Assembly: GCA_049242845.1 (NCBI GenBank)
Contig: JBMLOS010000123.1
Location: forward strand, 1 to 54,242
DNA: 54,242 nt
Direction: 5' to 3'
DNA from: Prochlorococcaceae cyanobacterium
Lineage (GTDB): Bacteria > Cyanobacteriota > Cyanobacteriia > PCC-6307 > Cyanobiaceae
Shown here one piece after another: positions 17,996 to 27,920 of this stretch; the stretch's first letter is position 1, and every line of letters begins with the position of its first letter. The position numbers and the translations under genes were made by a program. The notes below the pieces were generated by a model that did no database searches, was not told where the DNA came from, and saw only the letters and a program-made list of their open reading frames with translations.

Positions 17996-18673
17996 TCAGC
18001 CCCGCAGGCGGCCGTCCTCGAGGGTGAGCACCCGGTCGGCCACATCGAGGATGCGGTGGTCGTGGGTGACCATCAGGATCGTGGAGTGCTGCTCGCGGGC
18101 GAGGCGCTGCATGAGGGTCACCACCCCCCGGCCGCTGGCGCTGTCGAGGGCGGCGGTGGGTTCATCGGCCAGCACCAGCGAGGGGCGCCCCACCAGGGCA
18201 CGGGCCACGGCCACCCGCTGCTTCTCCCCACCCGAGAGGTCGTCGGGGTAGGAGTGGCGCAGCTCCGCCAGGCCCACCGCCTCGAGCAGGGCATCGGCCC
18301 GCGCATCCATCGCCGCCGCCTCGGGCTGGTTGTCCATCTCCAGCGCCATGCGCACGTTCTGGCGGGCCGTGAGGCTGCGGTGCAGGTTGTGGGCCTGGAA
18401 GATGTAGCCGTGCTCCCGGCGGGCGAGGGTGAGCTCGGTCTCGCCGGCGCCCGCCAGCTCCCGGCCCAGGATCCGCAGGCTGCCGCCCTGGGCGGAACGC
18501 AGGCCGCCGATCAGGTTGAGCAGGGTGGTCTTGCCCGAGCCGGAGGGACCGGTGAGCAGCACGATCTCCCCCGCTGCCACCTCCAGGTGGATGTGGTGCA
18601 GCACCTGGCGCCGCAGCGCTCCGTCGCCGTAGTGGTGGTCGAGGTGGCGGATCAGGATCGCCGGCTCCGCCAT
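17996..18673 (-). CDS. devA: DevA-family ABC exporter ATP-binding protein
   Basis: ATG 18673; GPSGSGKTT, GYIFQAHNL, LSGGEKQRVAVARAL, LADEPTAALD and VTHD. Confidence 0.92.
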   Translation of the reverse strand: MAEPAILIRHLDHHYGDGALRRQVLHHIHLEVAAGEIVLLTGPSGSGKTTLLNLIGGLRSAQGGSLRILGRELAGAGETELTLARREHGYIFQAHNLHRSLTARQNVRMALEMDNQPEAAAMDARADALLEAVGLAELRHSYPDDLSGGEKQRVAVARALVGRPSLVLADEPTAALDSASGRGVVTLMQRLAREQHSTILMVTHDHRILDVADRVLTLEDGRLRG

Positions 18674-19866
18674 CAGAACAGCTCCGCCGGATCCGCCGCC
18701 TGCAGGCGGCGGGTGGCGATTGCCCCCGAGGCCAGGCACATCAACAGGGTGAGCACGAACACGAACACCGCCCGCGAGGCGGTCATCGCGATCGGCAGGG
18801 CCGTGGCCCGGGCCGCCAGGGCATAGATGCCCACCGGCAGCAGCGCCCCCGGCAGGAAGCCGAGGGAGGCCAGCAGCAGCGCCTCCTCGAACACCACCAG
18901 CAGCAGATAGCGCTGCCGGTAGCCCATGGCCTTGAAGGTGGCGTACTCCTGCAGGTGGGCGTTCACGTCCGTGGAGAGCACCTGGTACACGATCACCACC
19001 CCCACCACGAAGGCCATCACCGTGCCCAGGCCGAAGATCACGCCGATCGGGCTGGCGCTGCGCCAGAAGCTCTCCTCGAAGGCCACGTACTCCCGATCGG
19101 TGAGCACGCGCACGTCGGCCGGCAGGTGGCGCCGCAGCCGCGCGGCCACCACGGCAGGGTCCTGCCCCGGAGCCACCTCGATCAGGCCGAGGCTGAGGCT
19201 GCCGGCATCCCGCTGGGGAAAGAGCCGCAGGAAGGTCTGGTCGCTGGTGAGCAGGGTGGCGTCCGCACCGAAGGAAGCCCCGAGGCGGAACAGGCCCGCC
19301 AGCGTGAGGGTGCGGCCCTCCGCCTCGGTGGTCACGGTCTCGCCCCGGTCGAGCCGGGCGATCACATCGGCGTAGCGGCCGCGGGCCCCCCGATCGAACA
19401 GCACCCGGTCGGGCAGGGTGAGCCGGCGGAGCTGGGCGGTGACCTCCGGCAGCGACAGCACCGGCGCATCGGGATCGAAGCCCAGCACCTGCACGGTGGC
19501 ATTGCGCCGGGTCTGGGGATTGCGCCAGGTGAGCACCTGCAGGTAGAGCCCGCGGCTGCCGGCCACGCCCGGCACATCGAGGGCCTGGTGCAGCCGCCGC
19601 CGCGGGATGGTGGAGAGGTTCTGCAGGTTGAGCGCCCGGGGGCTGAGCAGCACCACATCGGCCGTGAGGGCGCGGTTGAGGCGGGTGTTGCTGTCGTAGA
19701 GCGCCCGCTGGAAACCCAGCTGGGTGAACATCAGCACATCGGCGAAGGCGATTCCCGCCAGGGCCACCGCCAGCCGCCCCCGGTCGCGGCTCAGCTGGAG
19801 CCAGCCCAGGGGGGTGCGGCGCGCCAGCGAGCGCCGCAGCCAGCGCCAGCCGCGCAGCGGATTCAT
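18673..19866 (-). CDS. devC: DevC-family ABC exporter permease (FtsX/MacB type)
   Basis: TPLGWLQL, GIAFADVLMFTQLGF, VIVYQVLSTDV..HL.EYATFKAMGY and ADPAELF. Confidence 0.92.
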   Translation of the reverse strand: MNPLRGWRWLRRSLARRTPLGWLQLSRDRGRLAVALAGIAFADVLMFTQLGFQRALYDSNTRLNRALTADVVLLSPRALNLQNLSTIPRRRLHQALDVPGVAGSRGLYLQVLTWRNPQTRRNATVQVLGFDPDAPVLSLPEVTAQLRRLTLPDRVLFDRGARGRYADVIARLDRGETVTTEAEGRTLTLAGLFRLGASFGADATLLTSDQTFLRLFPQRDAGSLSLGLIEVAPGQDPAVVAARLRRHLPADVRVLTDREYVAFEESFWRSASPIGVIFGLGTVMAFVVGVVIVYQVLSTDVNAHLQEYATFKAMGYRQRYLLLVVFEEALLLASLGFLPGALLPVGIYALAARATALPIAMTASRAVFVFVLTLLMCLASGAIATRRLQAADPAELF

Positions 19867-20981
19867 GGGCCGATCACCGCGGTCACCTGCAGGTTGGTGA
19901 GGCCGGCGGCGCGGGCGCTGCTCTCGGGGGTGAGCGGCACGGTCACCTCCACCACGCGGTTGTCGAGGTTCGCGGTGGGGTCGGTGTTCACCACGCTCTG
20001 GCGCCGCACCATCGCGCCGATCCGGGCCACCGTGCCGCTGAGCGGAGCCTGCAGGGCGGCGCTGGTGAGGCGCACCGGCTGAGCAAGCCGCACCCGGGGC
20101 AGATCGCTCTGGTACACCTCCACCACGGCCTGCATGCGGGCGGTCTGGCCCAGCACCAGCAGACCCCCGCCGCTGGCCACCTCGCCGGGCCGGCCCAGCA
20201 CGCGGAGCACGCGCCCGTCGATCGGCGAGCGCACCAGGCTCTCCTCCAGCGACACCCGGGCCACCTCCACCGCGGCGAGGGCCTGCTGGCGCTGGCGTTC
20301 GGCCACCGCCACCTCCAGGCTGGACGCCCGTGGCAGGGCCCGGCTGCGGGTGCGCTCCCGCTGCAGCCGCGCCACGGCCTGCTGCCGCTGGGCCTCGAGG
20401 TTCTCGCGGCTGAGCCGCTTGGCATCCCGCAGGGAGGCGGACACCGCACCGCTGGCGTAGAGGCTGCCGTAGCGCTCGTCCTCGGCGGTGGCGAAGCGCA
20501 CCTCCGCTTCGAGGCGGCGCACCTCGGCCTCCAGGCTGCTCTCCTGGCTGGTGTGGTCGGCGCGGGCGCTCTGCACCTGGGCCTCGGCCAGGCGCAGGCG
20601 GGCCTCCGCCTCCTGCAGTTCCGCGCGGCGGCGGGGTTCGTCGTCCAGCAGCACCACCACCTGGCCCCGGCGCACCGCATCCCCCTCCTCCACCCGCAGG
20701 CTGCGGATCCGCACCTGCCCGCTGGGCGCCGCTGCCACGGGCGCCGCCAGGGTGATCACCTCCCCCACCGGCTCCAGCCGGCCCAGGGCCGTGACCGTGT
20801 CCAGCGCCGGCTGCGCCTCGGCCCGCTCGTGCTCCTCCCGCCGCTGCTGCCTCTGCTGCTCACACTGCACCAACGGCAGCGCCAGCAGGGCGAGGGCCAG
20901 GCCCACCAGCAGCGCGGCGCGGCGGATCCGGCGGGGCGGGGCCAGCGGACGGGCCGCCGGGCGGGGAGCCGGGCGAGTCAT
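19863..20981 (-). CDS. devB: DevB-family membrane fusion protein (HlyD type)
   Basis: VTALGRLEP, VEEGD.V..GQ, VRSPIDGRVL, EVYQSD and NLQV; overlaps the devC start. Confidence 0.9.
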   Translation of the reverse strand: MTRPAPRPAARPLAPPRRIRRAALLVGLALALLALPLVQCEQQRQQRREEHERAEAQPALDTVTALGRLEPVGEVITLAAPVAAAPSGQVRIRSLRVEEGDAVRRGQVVVLLDDEPRRRAELQEAEARLRLAEAQVQSARADHTSQESSLEAEVRRLEAEVRFATAEDERYGSLYASGAVSASLRDAKRLSRENLEAQRQQAVARLQRERTRSRALPRASSLEVAVAERQRQQALAAVEVARVSLEESLVRSPIDGRVLRVLGRPGEVASGGGLLVLGQTARMQAVVEVYQSDLPRVRLAQPVRLTSAALQAPLSGTVARIGAMVRRQSVVNTDPTANLDNRVVEVTVPLTPESSARAAGLTNLQVTAVIGP

Positions 20982-20991
20982 GGCGGGCGCC

Positions 20992-23900
20992 CTAGGGGGG
21001 CGGATCGAGCGGGGAGCGCAACGGCCCGGCCAGCCACTCCAGCAGTTCCTCCAGCGGCATCGGCAGGGCGAGGGCGCGGCCCTGCTGCAGATCGGCGCCC
21101 ACCGCCTTGGCCAGCTCCCGCTGGTCGGCGTGCTCCACCCCGCCGAGCACCGCCAGCCCCCCCAGGGCGTGGACCAGACCCACGGCGGGGCGCAGCAACC
21201 GGTCGCGGGCCTCGGCGGAGGCCACCAGCAGGGCTGGAGCCAGCTTGATCAGGCTGGGGCCGAGCTGCTGGAGTTCCTGCAGGCTGGAGTAGCCGCTGCC
21301 GTAGTTGTCCACGCAGAGGCGCGCCCCCTGGGCCACCAGGGTCTGCAGGGTCTCCCGGGCCCGGAGGTGCTCCGGCAGCAGCACCGACTCGGTGACCTCC
21401 ACCACGATCCCGGCCATGCCGGAGGGGGTGGGCGAGAGGTCGAGCACCTCGATCAGCCGGGAATCCTCCAGCTGCCGCAGGGTCATGTTGATGCAGAGCG
21501 GCAGGGCCTGCCGGCCGGCGGCGATCAGGCGCTGCATGTCCAGCCGCAGCAGCCGCAGGGTGAGGGGGCCGATCCGGCGGATCAGGCCGCTCTCCTCCGC
21601 GAAGCCGATGAAGGATTCCGCCGCCACGGGCACGCCCTCGCGCCGCCAGCGCAGCAGGGCCTCCAGCCCCCAGACCCGGTCGCCTGCGGCGGTGAGGATC
21701 GGCTGGTAGTGCAGCTCGAACTCCTCCGCATCGATCGAGCGGCTGAGGCTCTGCCAGAGGCTGCGCCGCTGCTCGGCGGCCAGGTTCATCTCCGGCTGGA
21801 AGTAACGGAAGCCGTTGCCGCCGCCCTCCTTGGCGCCGTACATCGCCGTGTCGGCGGCGTGGAGCAGTTCCTCCAGGCCGGTGGCATCGCGGGGATGGAG
21901 CGCCAGACCCACGCTGGCGCCCACGGACAGCTCCACCCCGGCCCCGGGAATCGGCCGCAGCAGCTCCCGCATGGCCCGCTCGAGAATCCGATCGAGTTCG
22001 TGCAGATCGTCGTAGCCGATGAGGATCACACCGAATTCATCGCCCCCGAGGCGGCCCACGTAGTCCTTGCCGCGGCGGATCACACTGCTGAGCCGTTCGG
22101 CCACGGTGCGGAGCACCCGATCGCCGGCCTCGTGGCCGTAGCGGTCGTTCACCTCCTTGAAGCGATCGAGGTCCACCCAGGCCAGGGCGAGGGGGGTCTC
22201 CTCCCGGGCGGCGCGGGCCAGTTCCCGCTCCAGGGCCTCGCAGAAGCTGGCCCGGTTGAGCAGACCGGTGGCCGCATCGATCCGGGCCTGGCTCTCCAGC
22301 CGCAGGGTCGTCTCCCGCAGGGAGGTGACGTCCTGCACGATCAGCACCGCCACCGCCTCGCCGGCCCCCTGCGGCAGGGCGCGGATCTCGGCGGTGACCC
22401 AGGCGGCCCCGCCCGCGCCGCCGCGCAGCAGCAGGGTGAGCCCCACCGGCAGATCCGGGGCCGCCAGCGCCTCCCGGATGCCCTCCGCCAGGGCCTGCAG
22501 GTGGCTCTCGGCCGCGAGCAGGCGGGTGGGAATGCCGGCCAGGGTCTGGGGATCGAGGCCCACGAGGGCCGCGAGGCACTCATTGGCGAGCAGCAGCCGC
22601 TGCTGGCGATCCAGGATCGCCACACCGAAGAAGCCGGTGTGGAACACCGACTCGAACACCGCCGAGGTCCTGCGGGCCTGCTCCTCCAGGGCCTGCAGCT
22701 CGGTGACATCCACCAGGGTGCCCACCACGAAGCCGGCGGCAGGCGGCTCCGGCGACACCGCATTGGCCCGCTCCCGCACCCAGAGCACCGTGCCGTCCCG
22801 CCGCCGGAGCCGATACCGCATCGACCAGCCCAGGGCGGCACCGGCCGCGCGCACCTGCTCCACCCGCGCACGGTCCTCGGGCTCGACGGCCTCCTCCAGC
22901 AGCTCAGGCCGGGCGCAGAGCTCCTCGCTGCTCCAGCCGGTGAGGGTCTCCACCCGGCGGCTCACGTAGAGCAGCCGCTCCAGCGAGACATCCCGCTTCC
23001 AGATCACCTCCTCGAGCGCGTCGGTGACGCGGGTGAAGTCGTTCAGGGCCTCCTCGGAGACGCGGCGCAGCCGCACCAGTTCGCTCACCTCCGTGAGCGT
23101 CACGATCGCCCCCTGGCAGTGGCCGGGGCGGTTCTGGTACGGGAGCACCTGCACCAGGTAGGAGAGCTCACCTCCGTTCGCCTCGAAGGAGCGGCCGGGC
23201 TCCCCGGCAACCACATCCCCGAGGGCCTCCCGCAGGCCGGGCAGCGGCACGGTGGTGGGCACCGCCAGCAGGGGCCGGCCCAGGTCGGACTCCACCAGGG
23301 CGAACACGCGCACCGCCAGCGGCGTGAACCGGGTGACCCGCAGCTCCCGGTCCACGATCACCATGCCCTGGCTGAGGCAGAGCTGGATGTTCTCCAGATC
23401 GCTGTTCAGCTGCTGCAGTTCCTCCGTGCGGGAGCGCAGCTGCTGGTTGAGGCTGGCCAGGGCCTCGTTCGAAGCCTGCAGCTCCTCGTTCGAGGCCTCC
23501 AGCTCCTCGTTGGACGACTGCAGCTCCTCGCTGGAGGCCTGCAGTTCCTCGCTGGAGGCCTCCAGTTCCTCGTTGGCCCCCTCCAGTTCCACCAGGGAAC
23601 GGCGCAGGGAGTCCTGGCTGGCCAGGAGATCGCGCTCCAGCCGCTCGATCTCCCGATCGAAGGCACCATCGCGCTCGAGGCTGAGGGACACCTCCGCCGC
23701 ACCCGGCGGGGGCACCTCGCGCAGGAAGGCCAGGATCAGAAGGGTGCGTTCCCCCAGGCGCAGGGGCCGCACCTCGAGGCGCACCGCCTGCTCGAGACCC
23801 TCGAGCCGGATCGGGGCGCTGCTGAGGGGCTCGTCATCGGCCCGGGCCGCCAGCAGCAGCGCCCGCGCCGGCGCCTGCAGCGCCGGGATCAGGAAGGCAT

Positions 23901-25657
23901 GGGCGGAGGCGCTCATGCGCCCCTCCGGCAGGCGGCAGAAGCGGGTCACATCCCCAAGCACCTCCACCAGGTCGTGGTTCTCATCGAGCACCAGGCAGGG
24001 GGGGCCGAGCAACCGCAGCAGCCCCTCCAGCAGGGCCATGTGCTGCTCGGGCACGCTGTCGCGCAGGATCGCGATGCGCGAGCTGCCGAGGGATCCGAAG
24101 GCGAGCGGCCGGCGGAGCGCGGGGCTGCCCAGGGGCGGCAGCAGCCGCGCCAAACTCTCGGCCTCGCTGGAGCGCAGGTAGAGGCGGTGTTCGGGCTGGG
24201 CCGCCAGGAATCCGGCCGTGCGGTTGCTGAGGGATTCGGAGCTGCCCAGCAGGAGCAGTCCCCCCGGCTGCAGCGCGAAGCGGAAGAGGCTCAGCACCTG
24301 ATCACGCAGAGGAGTCGTGAAGTAGATGAGCGTGTTGCGGCAGGAGATCAGATCCAGCCGGGGGAAGGGAGGGTCCTCGGCCACGTTTGTGGCGGGCGAA
24401 CACCACGCACTCCCGCAGAACCTCGCTGATCTCGATCTCGCCGTCGTCGCGGGTGTGCACGAAGCGCTGCTGCAGCGCCTCCGGGATCTCGCGCGCCGCC
24501 GAGGCGGGATAGACCGCCCGGCGGGCGATCGCCAGGCTGATCTCGTCGAGGTCGGTGCCGAAGATCTTCAGCCGGGTCGAGAGGTCGGGGGGGTGGTCCA
24601 GCAGACCGCTCACCACCATCGCGATCGAATACACCTCCTCTCCGGTGGCGCAGCCCGGCACCCACACCCGCAGGGGCTGGCGGGGCGGGAGCCCCTGCAG
24701 ACGCTTCTGCAGCGCGGCGCCGAGCGCCTCGAAGACCTCCGGATCCCGGAAGAAGGCGGTGACGGTGACCAGCAGGTTCTGGGAAAGGGCATGGGCCTCC
24801 TCGGGCTCACTGGCCAGGAGGGCGAGGTAATCGCCGATCTCCCTCACCTGGCGGATCGCCATCCGGCGCCGCACCTGCCGCCGCAGGGTGGACTCCTTGT
24901 AGAGCGAGAAATCGATCCCGATCGCCTGGCGAAGCTGGCTGCTCACCGACTGGAGCATCACCGGCTCGGGCTCGGGCAGGGTCTGGCCGCTCCAGTCGGA
25001 GGCATGGCCCAGGCTGGCCAGGGCCGCCAGCCGCTGGCCGATCTGCTGGGCCGGCAGCACCAGCTCCGCGCCCCCCAGGCCGATCGCGGCCCGGGGCATG
25101 CCGTCGAAGCGGGCGCTCTCGGGCGACTGCACCAGCGTGAGTCCGCCGGCGGCCCGCACGGCCCGCAGCCCCCGCGAGCCATCGGAGCCGGTGCCCGAGA
25201 GCACCACGGCCACGCCCCGCTCGCCCCAGTGCTGCGCCACCGAATCGAACAGCAGATCCACGCTCGGGCTCGGCCCGAAGCGGGGCGTGGGCTCGCTCAC
25301 CCGCAGCCGGTCGCCCTCCACGCTCACGTCCCGGTTGGGGGGCGCCACCACGATCAGCCCCGGCTCCAGGCGGCGGCCGTCCACGGCGGCGACCACCCGC
25401 AGGCTGGTCACGTGCGAGAGCAGCGGAACGATCAGGCTGCGGTGCTCGGCGGCGAGGTGCTGGGCCACCACATAGGCCACCGCGCCCTCGTCCACCAGGC
25501 AGCTGAGCAGGTCCTGGAGGGCATCGAGGCCGCCGGCGGAGGAGCCGATCGCCACCAGGTGCTGGATCTGGCCGTGCGCGGACCCCGGATCCGGGCCCGG
25601 CTGCGCCGGGTCCGGCGGGGAGAGATCCGCATCAGAGGGGTCGGGTGGGTGGTTCAC
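20992..25657 (-). pseudogene. CheB-CheR-PAS-coiled coil-PAS-GGDEF-EAL fusion (MAC1-type), split by a +1 frameshift near 24386-24388 (real or assembly error)
   Basis: Upstream frame (GTG 25657) has CheB IGSSAGG/AQHL/LSGTGSDG and CheR WVPGCATGEE/GTDLD. Downstream frame continues VAEDPPFPRLDLISCRNTLIYF. Removing one A from CAC AAAC GTG restores FARHNVAEDPPF. Confidence 0.85.
23470..23590 (-). repeat. Imperfect 21-bp tandem repeat encoding (S/N)EEL(E/Q)(A/S)S heptads
   Basis: Protein ANEELEASSEELQASSEELQSSNEELEASNEELQASNE; DNA units such as ggaggcctgcagttcctcgct. Confidence 0.8.
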
Positions 25658-25743
25658 CGTGCTCGTTCCGGCGGGTGGACCCGCATCGCCTGCCCCCCTT
25701 GGCCGCAACGTAGCCAGGGCTTCCCGGGGCTGCCGCCCCGGGA

Positions 25744-26229
25744 TCAGAGCAGCGTCCCGTCCGCCCCGGCAGGCCGGTGCTCGGCCGCCCAGGAGGCGAG
25801 CATCTCGAAATCCTCGAAGGCGAATCCCGGGCCCACGCTGCAGTAGCTCAGGCTCCAGGCCCCGAGGCTGCGGGCCGCCTGCCACCAGTCGGCCGGGATC
25901 AGGTGCAGCGGCTGCTGCAGGGGCTCCTCCAGGGCCAGGGGGCCGAGGCGCAGCGTCTCGGCCGTGCCGCCTTCCGGGGGGAGCCGCCAGAGCTGCAGCG
26001 GATCGCCACCGCCGTGGTGCCACACCTCATCGGCCCGGCGCACCCGGTGCCAGCGGCTGGTCTCGCCGGCCTGCAGGAGGAAGGCGATCACCGTGAGGCC
26101 GTCGCGCCGCTCGCCATCGCCGTCGCGGCGCACGCCCACAGCGGAGCGGTGCAGCTCGCGGTACCAGCCGCCCTCCGGGTGGGGCTCCAGAGCGAGCTCG
26201 CGGATCAGCTGCCCGGGGGCGACGGTCAT
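25744..26229 (-). CDS. Cupin_5 (DUF985) family protein
   Basis: ATG 26229; LEPHPEGGWYRE, SRWHRV..ADEVWH, WWQAARS and VGPGFAFEDF. Confidence 0.9.
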   Translation of the reverse strand: MTVAPGQLIRELALEPHPEGGWYRELHRSAVGVRRDGDGERRDGLTVIAFLLQAGETSRWHRVRRADEVWHHGGGDPLQLWRLPPEGGTAETLRLGPLALEEPLQQPLHLIPADWWQAARSLGAWSLSYCSVGPGFAFEDFEMLASWAAEHRPAGADGTLL

Positions 26230-26281
26230 GGGCGGAGCGGAGTGGCCCTGCCTAGCTTGCCGGCAGTCGAGCAAGGCGGCG

Positions 26282-27835
26282 GTGCGGCATTCGGGAGCAA
26301 CGGCGCTGCGACACGCCGCCGCGGTGGTGCTGCTGGGCTGGGGCGTGGCCGCCACCCCGGCCGCCGCGGCAGATCCCGCCCCCGAGGCCCGGCTCACCGC
26401 CGCCCTGGCCCGGCTCGATGCCCTGGCCGCGGACATCCAGAAGCGCAGCGGGGTGCCCGGCCTCGCCCTGGCCGTGGTGCAGGGGGATCGGGTGGTGCAC
26501 GTGGCGGCCTATGGCCTGCGGCAGGTGGGCCGGCCCGAAACGGTGAACCCCGACACCGTGTTCCAGCTGGCCTCGCTCTCGAAGCCGATCGCCACGACCG
26601 TGCTGGCCGGCCTCGTGGGCCAGGGGCGCCTCACGTGGGACACCCCTGTGCGCCAGCACCTGCCGGAGCTGCTGATCGGGCCGGCGGGGGTGGCCGATGC
26701 CGTGACCCTGCGCGACCTGCTCAGCCACCGCAGCGGCCTGCCGGACCATGCCGGCGACGACCTCGAGGACCTTGGCTTCGATCGGGAGACGGTGCTGGAG
26801 CGGCTGCGCTTCCTGCCGATCGAGAACCGCTTCCGCGCCAGCTACGCCTACACCAACTTCGGCTTCACCGGCGCCGCCGAGGCCGCCGCCCGGCAGGCAG
26901 GCCAACCCTGGGAGGTGCTGGCGGACCAGCAGCTCTTCCGGCCCCTGGGCATGGAGCGCACCAGCGCCAGCCACGCCGCCTGGCTGGCGCAGCCCAACCG
27001 GGCCCGGCTGCACGTGCGCCGTGGGGACGGCTGGGCCGCTCTCTTTGAGCGGGATCCGGATGCCCAGTCGCCGGCAGGGGGCACCAGCGCCTCGGTGCGG
27101 GACGTGGCCCGCTGGATGGTGCTGCAGCTCAACGCTGGCCGGGTGGACGGACGGCAGCTGGTGGCGGCCGACGCCCTCGCCGAAACCCATCGCCCCCAGA
27201 TGGTGAGCAGGCCCCCGGCCGATCCCTCCCGCGACCGCGCCGGCTTCTACGGCCTCGGCTGGGGCGTGAGCTACGACGACCGGGGCCAGGTGCAGCTCAG
27301 CCACTCCGGGGCCTTCGCCCTGGGCGCCGCCACGGCCGTGACCCTGCGCCCGGCGGAGGGGCTGGGGATCGCGGTGCTCACCAACGGCGCGCCCGTGGGG
27401 GCTCCAGAGGCCCTGATCGCCAGCTTCCTGGATCTGGTGCGCCAGGGCCGCATCGAGCGCGACTACCTCACCCTCTTCGGCGGCGTCTTCGCCCAGCTGC
27501 TGGCCCCCACCTACACCCCGCCCGTGGTGCCGGAGCGGCCCCTGCCGCCCCTGCCGGCCGCGGCCGTGGTGGGTCGCTACGGCAACAACTACATCGGCAC
27601 CGCGGTGGTGCGCCAGGGCGAGACGGGGCTGGTGCTCGAACTCGGCCCCCAGGGCACGCCCCATGCCCTCACACCGGTGAGCGGCGCCACCTTCCAGTAC
27701 CAGCCCCCCGGGGAGAACGCCGGCGGGCCCAGCGCGGTGGAGTTCCAGCTCGGCCCGGACGGCCGGGCCACCGGGATGCGGATCGACAACCTCGACGACG
27801 CCGGCCAGGGGCGGCTGCGCCGGCTGGAGTCCTGA
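26282..27835 (+). CDS. Secreted serine hydrolase (beta-lactamase class C/AmpC-like) with C-terminal DUF3471-like extension
   Basis: Signal peptide; SxxK in FQLASLSK, LLSHRSGL, YTN and HSG motifs. Start GTG 26282 is approximate. Confidence 0.88.
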   Translation: MRHSGATALRHAAAVVLLGWGVAATPAAAADPAPEARLTAALARLDALAADIQKRSGVPGLALAVVQGDRVVHVAAYGLRQVGRPETVNPDTVFQLASLSKPIATTVLAGLVGQGRLTWDTPVRQHLPELLIGPAGVADAVTLRDLLSHRSGLPDHAGDDLEDLGFDRETVLERLRFLPIENRFRASYAYTNFGFTGAAEAAARQAGQPWEVLADQQLFRPLGMERTSASHAAWLAQPNRARLHVRRGDGWAALFERDPDAQSPAGGTSASVRDVARWMVLQLNAGRVDGRQLVAADALAETHRPQMVSRPPADPSRDRAGFYGLGWGVSYDDRGQVQLSHSGAFALGAATAVTLRPAEGLGIAVLTNGAPVGAPEALIASFLDLVRQGRIERDYLTLFGGVFAQLLAPTYTPPVVPERPLPPLPAAAVVGRYGNNYIGTAVVRQGETGLVLELGPQGTPHALTPVSGATFQYQPPGENAGGPSAVEFQLGPDGRATGMRIDNLDDAGQGRLRRLES

Positions 27836-27920
27836 ACCGCCTTGGAGCGGCTCGCGCTGCGCAGGCTGACGGAGAGCCAGCCAGCCGCGGCCTAGCCTCC
27901 GGCTGAAGCGGCCCCTCCCG

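Larger units (their letters stand above)
4422..27900. other. Accessory gene block (island-like) downstream of the CAT tRNA
   Basis: Interrupts the pyrE/tRNA to CBS-hemolysin/Gfo-Idh/psbK order recalled from marine picocyanobacteria; the first genes have visibly lower GC; content is signalling and transport. No integrase or att duplication seen. Confidence 0.6.

Noticed and set aside
27836-27920. attR or tRNA 3' duplication at the right edge of the accessory block
   Set aside because: No copy of the tRNA 3' end (TCCTCGCGACCCCCA) found by eye, and no integrase in the window.
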